A stretch of DNA of 57,549 bases from a virus (lineage: Duplodnaviria > Caudoviricetes). The stretch is taken from the IMG/VR virus record IMGVR_UViG_3300025000_000120, positions 1-57,549 of that record. One strand, given 5' to 3'. Below the pieces are notes generated by a model. That model saw only the letters and a list, made by a program, of their open reading frames with translations, was not told the origin of the DNA and searched no databases. Each line of letters opens with the position of its first letter. The stretch's first letter is position 1. The translations under genes and the position numbers were made by a program. Shown one piece after another: positions 1-10,000 of this stretch.

Positions 1-4
1 AAGA

Positions 5-244
5 TCAATCGTCTATTGATACTCGTATATGCTGCCCGGATGCATTCTCCATAACAATCTCATCAATTGCGGCTTCAATAGCATCTGATTCATCTTGTGG
101 GCTTAGTGACTCCGAAGTCTTGGTAATCCTAGCTAAGAGAGAACATGAGTAATAACCTTTGTCTTCGTCAAAAGCAAGCCATTCATCGTATTGTGTGAAT
201 GGATCGAATGGATTATCGGTTGTTGTTAGCATAGATTGTGCCAT
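5..244 (-). CDS. Conserved small phage protein (TTxDNPFDPF motif)
   Basis: 79-aa ORF with AAGGAG RBS directly after the RNAP-like gene. Confidence 0.7.
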   Translation of the reverse strand: MAQSMLTTTDNPFDPFTQYDEWLAFDEDKGYYSCSLLARITKTSESLSPQDESDAIEAAIDEIVMENASGQHIRVSIDD

Positions 245-260
245 AACATCTTCTCCTTAT

Positions 261-3125
261 CTATTCCATGACTTTAGCTATGGTACTAGTAGAGATACCA
301 AGAGACTCAGCAATTTCTGCTTGAGTGTATCCAGCCGCAACCTTTCTCTTAATCGAAGCTATCTTAGATGCGGTTAGTACTTTAGCAGACCTAGGTGTTG
401 CTAACACCTTAACTTTATCAATGTTAGTATTGCTAAGTATTTGAGATACTACGTTAGCACTTAATGCTCCTGCTTGTATAGCAGCCCATTCTCTATCAGA
501 GATAGTTATAGGCTCTTTCTTAGCCCCTACTCTAACTCTAGCTGCGGCTAATGATTGACCTTTCAGCTTCTTTAGCTCAGCATTATCCATGTATGGATTA
601 GATTCCTTCTTCGCAGCTATAACAGAATTGGCTGATAACTGGGCTTGTCTCTCCATTGGTTTGTTCATTAGAGCGGTGTTTAATTGTCCTAAAAGAGAGC
701 GCACCTCAGGTTCGTATACTTTTTTAGCAGAGGGGGACATAAGTGGGGGTTTAATGTTAAGGGAGACCTTTCTTGATTGGTTGGCTAAAGCCTTTAATTT
801 ATTGGCGTGGGTGGCATATACGGTTTCCATAGGTGTTCCCGATGATAAGTCGAAGGCATCCTTCGCTTCTGCCATCTTAGTGGATGATGTCGTACGTTGA
901 ACTAATTTTCCTTTCTTGTCAGTATATGTTGCAAGGTTTACTAGGTTACCTTTCTTATCGAGGTATGTGCCCTTTATGTCCTCGTATACTATGGCTCCAG
1001 TATTAGGATCATCTTTAAGGCGTTTTCTGATATTGGGTCGTACTTCTGATGACGCTCTAGATATTAGAGTGGCGGCGCCACTTCTTGAACTACCTTGATA
1101 TTTTTTCTTTAGAGCACCGATTTGGTTCTCAGCATAAGATGTTTTATAATCCAAACTATGCTTTTGCGAATCAATAACGACCATAGAATGTCTTACTGCA
1201 CGAGCTATTTCTTCACCAGTAGGAACTGCCCCTTTAATAGTCATATCAGTAATCAGATTGGATATGTCTCCCATTTTCATCTGCATAGTTTGATTTTTAG
1301 GCTTTTGGCCTTCAGCAAATTCAGCTTTACCGGTCTTGGCATTAAATATACCACCATCAATGGTTGGCATACCGTCATACCCTTTATATTGCACCTTAGG
1401 ATCGAAATCGACTAAACCTTTTAATGATGCTGCAGTTTTAATTCCGCCATTGTTATTTGGTATAACTAATACAGCATCACCATCAAAATCTGCTCCTGAT
1501 AGTTTTTCTGCGACCTTTGGGTGTATCCCAATAGCATCCTTTGCTGTTCCCGTTTTATCACTAAGAATTTGCTTAGCATCCTTATTGCGATTATTAACGG
1601 TTAGTTCCGGTATTTCAAATATACCACCATGAGGATATCGAATTAACACTACTTTTTCACCATCATTATAGTTGGGCGCATACACTTCATTTTCTTTAAT
1701 GGAAGTAAATGGCAGTAATACATGCCAACTAGTTCGAGGTAAGGCCGCTGACTTAAGATGCACCGCTGAGGAATCACAATCATCAGCGAATGAGTCCATT
1801 AAGCGTTTTTTCACTAATGGATTAGTTAGAGATACTATCTCATCAAACGCTTGTTTCTTTTGCTCAAAAGCTAATTTTAATTGTTTCTCAGCTAATGCGG
1901 GTGCTTGTTTGGATAACATTTGAGAGGATAGACTTTTAGACCACTTATCTCTCCACTCACCCTCTTCATTTACAACGTTTAAGGCTTTAACTGTTACTGC
2001 CTTACGAACTATGTCTTCTGACACATTCAGTTTTTCGGCTATCTGAGAATAAGACATATCGCCCTTAGTTTTCAAGTCAAACATTTGGGCAGAGTCTTTG
2101 ATCTTTAATCCAGCATCAGTAATATAATGTTGTTGTCTTACATTAGCCCCAAATGGATTATCGGGATCAATTACCCCATCTTTGTCTGTTTTCATTTCTT
2201 TAAATACTTTTTCTTTAGGTGTTCCTACCGCCTTATTGGTATTGTAGATTATATCAACACCTTTTGGCAAATTGTCAGTATACATAGCCATGCCCTTTAA
2301 ATAATGGGTATCATCTACTCCTATACGGACTTGCATATACTTAGCATTCCCCATTGACAGATCGGAAACACCACGACGAAGTTCGATCACGCCATCCTTA
2401 TCTGATCCACCCTCAGGACCGTACCTTATTTGTATACGGTTCGAGTTAACGCTCTGTATTGGTTCTAAGCCAAGAAACGTTTTACCATTATCATTGGTAT
2501 GATCTGTGATCATCTTTATTTGGTCTTTATTTTGGACCACATCAATATAACTAGTCCCCGGTTTAGCTAGAACCATAATCCTTGTTTTTTTACTAGTTCC
2601 TAACTGATCGACAAGAACGTTATGAACTGAATATCCCTCTTCTTCTAGCATAGCAAGTGAATTTTTTAATTTAGTTCTACTAATACCAATATGACGCTCA
2701 ACGCCAAGCCCAACGTCAATATAACCTTTTTTATCAACGCTAGCTTTTAACATTTTAGCTGTAGAATCAGCTTCCTCAGAACGAGTTTGAATAGCCGAAT
2801 CTAATAGCGATCTAACTGACGATTCGTTACGACCACCCATCCGTTTGCCAATCTCGACATTAGAATATCCTTTCGCTTTGAGTCTATTAGCGTGGATGGT
2901 GTCTATCTTACGCTGTTCGGCTTTTATTAACGATCTTCTAATTCGTAACTGAGTGGTGTTCATACCTTCACCTTTGGCAATATCAACATCACTCATTCCT
3001 TGTTTCTTTAAGGCGTTGATTCGCCCAATGAAATCAGGATCTCGTTGTTGTGGGTTTTCACCAGAGCCCCACTCATAACGACCTGAGTGTCGCTTAGTGC
3101 CATAGTGTTTTATTTCATCAGTCAT
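261..3125 (-). CDS. Single-chain double-psi-beta-barrel RNA polymerase-like protein (YonO/phage 1706-type) with multiple HTH domains
   Basis: Catalytic-loop motif LSGADFDGD (about 1475-1500) preceded by RYPH; second-barrel motifs DGVIEL...QVRI...LKGM; VIDSQK; HTH-like segments at the N-terminus (two), middle (SYSQIAEKLNVSE) and C-terminus (TQAEIAESLGIS). Confidence 0.8.
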   Translation of the reverse strand: MTDEIKHYGTKRHSGRYEWGSGENPQQRDPDFIGRINALKKQGMSDVDIAKGEGMNTTQLRIRRSLIKAEQRKIDTIHANRLKAKGYSNVEIGKRMGGRNESSVRSLLDSAIQTRSEEADSTAKMLKASVDKKGYIDVGLGVERHIGISRTKLKNSLAMLEEEGYSVHNVLVDQLGTSKKTRIMVLAKPGTSYIDVVQNKDQIKMITDHTNDNGKTFLGLEPIQSVNSNRIQIRYGPEGGSDKDGVIELRRGVSDLSMGNAKYMQVRIGVDDTHYLKGMAMYTDNLPKGVDIIYNTNKAVGTPKEKVFKEMKTDKDGVIDPDNPFGANVRQQHYITDAGLKIKDSAQMFDLKTKGDMSYSQIAEKLNVSEDIVRKAVTVKALNVVNEEGEWRDKWSKSLSSQMLSKQAPALAEKQLKLAFEQKKQAFDEIVSLTNPLVKKRLMDSFADDCDSSAVHLKSAALPRTSWHVLLPFTSIKENEVYAPNYNDGEKVVLIRYPHGGIFEIPELTVNNRNKDAKQILSDKTGTAKDAIGIHPKVAEKLSGADFDGDAVLVIPNNNGGIKTAASLKGLVDFDPKVQYKGYDGMPTIDGGIFNAKTGKAEFAEGQKPKNQTMQMKMGDISNLITDMTIKGAVPTGEEIARAVRHSMVVIDSQKHSLDYKTSYAENQIGALKKKYQGSSRSGAATLISRASSEVRPNIRKRLKDDPNTGAIVYEDIKGTYLDKKGNLVNLATYTDKKGKLVQRTTSSTKMAEAKDAFDLSSGTPMETVYATHANKLKALANQSRKVSLNIKPPLMSPSAKKVYEPEVRSLLGQLNTALMNKPMERQAQLSANSVIAAKKESNPYMDNAELKKLKGQSLAAARVRVGAKKEPITISDREWAAIQAGALSANVVSQILSNTNIDKVKVLATPRSAKVLTASKIASIKRKVAAGYTQAEIAESLGISTSTIAKVME

Positions 3126-3127
3126 AA

Positions 3128-3682
3128 TTACTCTCCCATCTTAAGCTTATCAAGTTCCTTATCGAATATGATAATTTTCTCCATTACATTAAGGATGTCT
3201 TGAGTAGGCGGTGTGTGAATGAGTATTTCATCACATTGATAGAGTCTCAGTTCAATCTCAATAGTATTCGGATCAACATCATACTCTAAGCAAAATAAGG
3301 CGGTATATATTTCGAGTTGATGCATCGATGTGGGGGATACTCCGGTTTTTAAATCATGAATCCTCAGGCGATTTTGTCTGAAGGATATGGCATCAGCAGT
3401 ACCAAAACAGTTCTCTGAATATTTCAACCGTTGTTCGATGTCCATCTTAAATCCAATAGCGTCATTAATATACATATTCAGTGTGCTTTTATTTTTAGGT
3501 AGTTTAATGCCTAAGGCTATAGACTCTGCAGCAAAAGCATGCAGTCTGGTTCCACGTTGAGTTGCCAAAAATTTAATATACGACGTCGTCAGTTTTTCAA
3601 CGTCATAATTTATCCAATGGTATTTACTAGCACTTAGAAACGCGTGACGACCTTCGAGATCTGAATGCTTGTTGAAGTTCAT
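3128..3682 (-). CDS. PD-(D/E)XK nuclease (DUF2800/Cas4-like)
   Basis: HAFLSAS, GTRLH, FGTADAI, IHDLKTG and QLEIY motifs. Confidence 0.7.
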   Translation of the reverse strand: MNFNKHSDLEGRHAFLSASKYHWINYDVEKLTTSYIKFLATQRGTRLHAFAAESIALGIKLPKNKSTLNMYINDAIGFKMDIEQRLKYSENCFGTADAISFRQNRLRIHDLKTGVSPTSMHQLEIYTALFCLEYDVDPNTIEIELRLYQCDEILIHTPPTQDILNVMEKIIIFDKELDKLKMGE

Positions 3683-3944
3683 CTAGAACCTCCTTCTTTA
3701 TTTCCGGATAAATAACACTAGCATATGACATACGACCAAGCGTCTCAAGATAGTACTCTTGGTTCGGTTGATATGATGCATACTTATCGCGTTTACATTC
3801 TAGGACGGCCCATCTATCATTAAATAGGATTAATAGATCAGGAAAGCCTTGAATATAGTTAGCATCGTTTTTTAAAATTACACATCCTATAAACATCAAA
3901 TTAAGCTCTTTTATTAACTTACTCTGGAATGCACTCTCTAACAT
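3627..3944 (-). CDS. VRR-NUC domain nuclease
   Basis: LESAFQ...GFPDL...LECK...PNQ motif set. Confidence 0.8.
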   Translation of the reverse strand: MLESAFQSKLIKELNLMFIGCVILKNDANYIQGFPDLLILFNDRWAVLECKRDKYASYQPNQEYYLETLGRMSYASVIYPEIKKEVLDELQQAFRSRRSSRVSKC

Positions 3945-3945
3945 A

Positions 3946-4158
3946 TCAAACGCCAGGTTCGGTAGCTTCTGATGAGTTACTAACGCTTGGCTGAACCGTG
4001 TACTTTGAGAATATAGTCAACTTATCGGTTGGTGCGGCATAAGGATGTGCTAAGTTAGCAGGGACTGTACATACAAATACCCAACCTCTAGACGTGAAAT
4101 CGTATATGGTTGACGGATCTACATAACCATTAGTTATAATTGAATCTATTTCTAGCAT
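3946..4158 (-). CDS. Hypothetical protein
   Basis: ATG at 4158 with GAGGGAG RBS. Confidence 0.6.
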   Translation of the reverse strand: MLEIDSIITNGYVDPSTIYDFTSRGWVFVCTVPANLAHPYAAPTDKLTIFSKYTVQPSVSNSSEATEPGV

Positions 4159-4193
4159 TACATTCTCCCTCTCATAATTCAATTCTTAGCTAA

Positions 4194-4237
4194 AAATAAA
4201 AGAGAAGGTTAAATACGATCATATTCTATCCTTCCTT
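4194..4237 (-). ncRNA. Short hairpin RNA or attenuator under a cassette promoter
   Basis: GAAGG-ATAGAATATGATCGTATTTAA-CCTTC followed by a U-rich tract, immediately after the repeat promoter. Confidence 0.35.
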
Positions 4238-4266
4238 CTATTATAGTGCGTGTTTTGCGCGCGAGG
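4236..4266 (-). promoter_or_regulatory. Isolated copy of the cassette promoter upstream of the nuclease/RNAP genes
   Basis: CCTCGCGCGCAAAACACGCACTATAATAGAA matches the array consensus. Confidence 0.7.
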
Positions 4267-4285
4267 TAAAAATAGTATGTGTCTG

Positions 4286-4645
4286 TTAAACGCGGTCTAT
4301 TATTTTACCGCCCATATCTAACCAGTCGTCGATAGCTTCGTCATCAATAGCATCCCTGTAAACTATAGTTTGTTCATCATTAGCAAACACAGGCAGACCA
4401 TTTGCATACAGTACATTTTCATCATTATAATGAGCTCGCAAAGGATCAGTATCTTCTAGCGTAGGAAAATCTTCAGTATGACTATCCGTAAGTGTCTCGG
4501 AATTTCTAACCATCATAAGTTCCTTACTTAATCCCAATACCACAACTGTCACAACTACTCCAAGAACGACTTTACCAATAAATGTTATAGTTTTCTTATT
4601 GGTTTTAACAAATGTTTTAATTTTATTTTTCATAATATTAACCAC
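4286..4645 (-). CDS. Small membrane-anchored protein
   Basis: Basic N-terminus, one TM helix, acidic tail. Confidence 0.6.
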   Translation of the reverse strand: MVNIMKNKIKTFVKTNKKTITFIGKVVLGVVVTVVVLGLSKELMMVRNSETLTDSHTEDFPTLEDTDPLRAHYNDENVLYANGLPVFANDEQTIVYRDAIDDEAIDDWLDMGGKIIDRV

Positions 4646-4654
4646 CTTTCAAAT

Positions 4655-5881
4655 TTAGACATTTGCAAACGTTTGAATATTAAAATTCTTCTTAGCCTTA
4701 ATAGCCTTAACAATTGAAATATCAATAGCCGAATTAGACCGAACATGATAGTAATATAGATCCGAGAATGGACTATTTAATCTGTCAATTCTGCCTGCAG
4801 CTTGCACCATGATCTTATAGGAGTAGTTTTGGGAGTAGAATATAATGGTGTCAGTGTCCACACAATTCCAACCTTCAGCACCAGCCGTGTATTGGACCAA
4901 ATAAGCCCACCTATCACCTTTAGGTATAGATTGGTGCTTATGACCATTCCACTCGCTTATAGGCAATCCTAGAGTGTCTGAGAGGGTTCTGAGTATATCT
5001 AGCTCATAGTTGAAGTTGTAGAATATGATTACCTTAGGATGATTGTTAATTATCCTCTCTACTGCCTCGAGTCTGGCTGGGTCAAGATTTACTACTTTAC
5101 GCAGTAGGTAGCATAATTCTCCAATAGCTTTCACAGGTCTATTCTCAAATATGTTCCACCTTTCAACCATAACCTTATTGAATACTTCTTTATCAAAATC
5201 TACAACTATACTCTTATCGTGAGCGATGGTATGTTTCGCATATGCCATAGTAACTGTTATTTGATCTCGCAATTTAAGTAGATGTCCACATTCAATAAAT
5301 TTCTCAATCTTAGGATACTTGGTGAATCGGTTGTATACAGCATGTCGACGAAGAAACTCAGTACGATTCTTATAGAAACGATTTGCTACAAACACCGGAA
5401 TATAATCCGTCCAGGTATCACCAGGTGTTGCGCTTAATAAGATCCACGAATTGTACTTCTTTACGATTTTCAAAAATGACTTTACCCATGCCCCAGATCC
5501 AACAAGTCTTTGCTCATCAAAGATTATAAACGCATTCTTAACGCCGATATACTTGGATATGTTGTTCCAAGAATCAACAACGACCTTTACTCCACTAATA
5601 CTAAATTCGGGATTAGAAAATAACATAAATGGAGCACATTCTTTTTCCCATTCAAGGCTATCCCTTTTTTTAGCAGTAGTTATAATATATAGATCTTTTG
5701 GTTTTTTCATTGGAAGCGATGGACCTTTACCATTAGTCTTGATCTTTCCGCCACAAGCCTTGAGAAAATAATAGGCTATGGCAGTTCGGGATTTTCCAGA
5801 GCCTACTCCTCCACAGAGTATTGAACCAGACTTTAATTCTTCTATGGCTTTCCTCTGATACTCACATAACTCAATAGCCAT
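4655..5881 (-). CDS. Superfamily 2 (SNF2/DEAD-like) DNA helicase
   Basis: GGVGSGKS Walker A, IFDEQ, LSATP, AGAEG, QAAGRIDR. Confidence 0.9.
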   Translation of the reverse strand: MAIELCEYQRKAIEELKSGSILCGGVGSGKSRTAIAYYFLKACGGKIKTNGKGPSLPMKKPKDLYIITTAKKRDSLEWEKECAPFMLFSNPEFSISGVKVVVDSWNNISKYIGVKNAFIIFDEQRLVGSGAWVKSFLKIVKKYNSWILLSATPGDTWTDYIPVFVANRFYKNRTEFLRRHAVYNRFTKYPKIEKFIECGHLLKLRDQITVTMAYAKHTIAHDKSIVVDFDKEVFNKVMVERWNIFENRPVKAIGELCYLLRKVVNLDPARLEAVERIINNHPKVIIFYNFNYELDILRTLSDTLGLPISEWNGHKHQSIPKGDRWAYLVQYTAGAEGWNCVDTDTIIFYSQNYSYKIMVQAAGRIDRLNSPFSDLYYYHVRSNSAIDISIVKAIKAKKNFNIQTFANV

Positions 5882-5937
5882 AGACTAATCTCCTTTCAAT
5901 AAAATGCCCGTCAAGCCGATAGCACAGCTTACCTAGA

Positions 5938-6519
5938 TTAATCGTGATTGTGATCGCAACTACCATCACAGGTTTCGCAGTTACCACAACCACCAATGGT
6001 AGAGGCCGCACTAACCGGCACATCATTATACTTGTGCTCGAACTCATCCTCCACGATTACCACTCGCATGGTTTTGATATAAGCTTTTACACCACTTTTT
6101 GCATTCTTTGTTCCTTCATGCATAGACCAATTATATGGTCGGATAGCCAAATCGACAAGTGGCAAATATACCTTCTTACCGTCAACTATTTGTTCCTCAT
6201 TAGCAATCTCAACCCAGTCCAACATGCTGACCGAATCAGCATCAAGAAGACTCTTACCTCTACTTGAAACTATCGTAATCTTTGGTGGCACATTATCATA
6301 GCTAACAGCCACCGACATGTACCCTTGTTTTTCTTCATACTCATCTTTTGGATCGAGCCAACGAACATTCCAGCCATCCTGTTCTAGCGCAGTGGCAACA
6401 TCAAAGTCCAGAAATACGCAAAAATTTCTGCGTCCTGCAGGATTGAATTTTCCCTCTTTACCAGCAAAGTTACGAAATGCAATACGAGCGTTTTCGATTA
6501 TAATGTTATTCTTAATCAT
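5938..6519 (-). CDS. Putative single-stranded DNA-binding protein
   Basis: FRNFAG...RNF, GWNV and GVKAY motifs; located in the replication module. Confidence 0.65.
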   Translation of the reverse strand: MIKNNIIIENARIAFRNFAGKEGKFNPAGRRNFCVFLDFDVATALEQDGWNVRWLDPKDEYEEKQGYMSVAVSYDNVPPKITIVSSRGKSLLDADSVSMLDWVEIANEEQIVDGKKVYLPLVDLAIRPYNWSMHEGTKNAKSGVKAYIKTMRVVIVEDEFEHKYNDVPVSAASTIGGCGNCETCDGSCDHNHD

Positions 6520-6809
6520 TAGTTTAACTCCTCTTCGTTATATTTAAATACGTATTTATCGGCTTTTTTTCTGGTCTCAACATTTATATCCTCAGTGGTT
6601 ATACCATAAATATTAGCAATCATAGCTGAAGACATAGCAACATGTGCTAATTCTTCTTTCAGATTAGCTAAGGCCTCTGGTTTTCCTCGCTTAACTTTTG
6701 AACAGGCTTTTATGAGCTCTGCGCATTCCTCCTGAAGAATGTCAATCTGATCATCGTGATTGAACATTTTCAAACAACAAAATGTAAACTTCTCGGATAT
6801 ACCAAACAC
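6519..6809 (-). CDS. MazG-like NTP pyrophosphohydrolase
   Basis: EECAELI...K...EELAHV pattern. Confidence 0.6.
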   Translation of the reverse strand: MFGISEKFTFCCLKMFNHDDQIDILQEECAELIKACSKVKRGKPEALANLKEELAHVAMSSAMIANIYGITTEDINVETRKKADKYVFKYNEEELN

Positions 6810-6960
6810 GCTTAATCCACCATCCTTATCTACCTAGTAATATGGTACCACCAGGCACCAACAAACGGACTAGCAATAACACATAACCCTAAGATAATAA
6901 CAATGATTCTCCTTATCACAATCTACCCACCTTTAAATATGGTATTAACAAATCACTACA

Positions 6961-7083
6961 CTCTCTTCTAAGAAACGCAGAGGCCTCTCTAAGCTGTTGG
7001 ACTTATATAGCAGTGCGATTATGCCCCATCTACCGCCACTACGCTTAAAACGGCCTTTACGGCTCTATTAGCCGATGACTTTT
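6961..7083. repeat. Dispersed 123-bp non-coding element, copy 1 (copy 2 at 41191-41313)
   Basis: Shared TTCTAAG, GAGGCC, CTAAGCnGTTnGAC, TATGCCC and ATGACTTT in near-identical register. Confidence 0.55.
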
Positions 7084-10000
7084 TAAATTGGAAGGTTCTC
7101 ATACCCTAATTGGCATGTCCCAAGATTTGCCCCATCGAAATCTGGACAATTAAGACAACTTGTAAATTTAGTACTACCGCAAGGCAATACCGCATATCTA
7201 GAGGTATCGTCGGATATAAACCATTCATAGTCACCGAACTTTGAAATATCAGTTACTGCAGCATTAACCAACCCCATATAATATGAGTGCGAGACCGCGT
7301 CTTGTTTCCCAAGGACTTTTACAACCTCCGATTCTAGCCATCTATAACCCTTGGTGCCACTAGCAGCATTATACTTTCCATCTTTTTCCCTGAGTAATAT
7401 ACCACCACCATGCCCAATTTGAATTGGACAGAACGATCCTACTTTTCCTACGAAGTGATAATTGTGCTCATCTTCTGGTAGGTTCTCATTCATGTCAAGA
7501 TATAAAGCAGTGGTTACCGATTTGGTTTCGCATGTATCTTCGAACTCGATAGGCTCTCTACTGAATAATGTCTTGAATACGTATGGCTGTGAGAATTGTG
7601 CTCCGGTAGTTGTCCATGTACCAGCATCTCTACCATTGATTTTTTCATCCTGACTATATTTAGCAACATACACAGCATTGTTTACTAAGCATAATTTTTC
7701 ATAGGTGTTTTCATGCTCAAAATCATACCCATATTTTTTACCGAATTGCATAACAAATTCAATAATTTCTGGAGTAGCTTCGGGTATCTTGATGGAGTCA
7801 GTCTTAATATGGGCTGCTTGAAACCCTCGCTCTTGAACTGCGAACATGAGATCGACCATGAACAGTGCGCCACGTTTAGCAATAATGTTGTCAATGTTAC
7901 GAGGGTCTTTAAATGGATTATCAAATCTAGCGAACGTTAATCCATATGCCGCGTTAAGGGCCGTCTTTAACCCATTTGATACGTCCTTTAAAGTAAATTT
8001 TGGGTTATCGCTTTGTGAGTCTTTTATAAATGGAATAATTCTACCATCTAGAAGAGTCTTTAAGGTTTCAAGATCTTTATGTTTGATGGCAATTCGAGCC
8101 TGCTTTAATTCGCTATACTTCTTAGTATATGGTCCTAGATAGTTTAACGCCTCAATAGTACTTGGGTGCATTGCCCCGACATCAATTACCGGAACATTAG
8201 CGTACATTCCGGGTTCCCCATGAACAAAACCGCCTTCACCAACCTCAATCCCACGGTAGGTACTTTTACCATTCTCAAATTTATATCCAGGAAACATAAC
8301 GCTCAAGTCAGTATATACCAATTCGTTCTGAGGTTTCCCATTAGTGCCGAATACGATTTTGGTGGTGTGAGTGTTGGTTGTATCGTTTACAGTTAATCCA
8401 CTTAGCTCTGCAAGGATTTGTCTCGCTGCCCAGTCCCCCGATAAATGATTGAACGTTGTTTCGGTTGCCATAACATCATTTATACAGTAGTCTGCTACTT
8501 TTATCCATAAACTTGGATCTACTGGTTTATCCCAGGGTAGTCCTAACTCATGATGATGAATTCCTAGTTTTATCTCCCATTTTTTCAGACTCATTTTGTT
8601 CTGTGCGGATGCAAAGTCATATACATCGGTGTAGGATATACCATAGGCTTCTGAAAACATACAATTAGCACTGCCACTTATGATCCGCTGACTAAGGGTA
8701 TACAATTGTGCATTATCATAACCAATGTATGCCGCATACAACATATGGTTATCATACCTTCGACAGTTGAAACCAACCAACTTAAAGTTTAGTATCGATT
8801 CAATATCGGCCGGAGTTGGATTAATCATTCTTACGGGGTCTCTACCCACTGCTTTCCATACAACAACGAATAGATTAGGAAATACCTCGACATCAAAGAA
8901 TACTAAACCATCGCTAATATAGTCTGAACTTGGTATGCTAGCCTCCTCGGATTTAAACTTAATTTTACTTACTAACTTGACGCAATAATCCGATTGGTTA
9001 TTGCTGTTATTAGCAAATGCTAAAACACTAGGTCTCATATCAGTAACGTCATATGCTAACCCTGATGAATATGCGTCCTCAAGTATCTTTTGAATGAAGT
9101 CTAGACTTGGTTTCGTGCTTGGATGTATCTCTTTCTTCAGATTACGCTTTATTAAAGCGCGTAGCCCCTTCTCGCTTTTGACAGCATCAAAGTTTATCAT
9201 GACTTCCTCCTTTAGGGGTAATCCAGAGTTTATAGTTGCTACCGGTATGTTATTGCAAGTACTAAGTTTTCTACGTAAAGAGCTGTTACCCGTAAATACT
9301 TTGACCTCCACATCATCCGAATATATTCGGCTAAGTTTAGTTACATCACCATCATATATATAGTGCAGGTGTAGTCCGTTACCACTCTTACTGAGTTCAG
9401 TATACGTGGCGGGCCACTTACTAGCTGTATCAATATTTTTAGATAGTGACTTGGTCCCTGTTTCATCCTTTAAATCAAAGTCAATAACAATATGATTGTC
9501 TGGGACTTTAACATAATGGACCTGATGTGTATCTAACTTATTTAATTTAGTTCTTACTTCTGACCATTTAGCAATTGGCGTCCCTTGATCGTTTGCATAT
9601 TGTGCTGGACACTTAGCACACATAGTATCAAATATGGACTCAGTACAATCTATTAATAATGAGTTTGGAGGTTCCTCTTTGACTGGGGGTACAATTTTTA
9701 GTTTATCCCCTAGAAACCCAGAATAGTAACTTCTAACTTGCAATCCAGCAACGCGCATAACTTCAGAGAATGTTTTAAAATAACTTCTCAGTTCCTCCCT
9801 AAATTTATGACGTGGGGCTTTATACTCGATTAAAGCTTCATCACAATATGTTTTATACATTGCATATGCTTGTGCTAACGAGACCCCGTCTTGCTCTTTA
9901 AAAATATCATAATTACATTCCACAAAATTATAAAATATGTCGGTTTGCATCATCATATCAATTGGACGATATGATGAATAGTAATTCTTACCTAAGTCCC

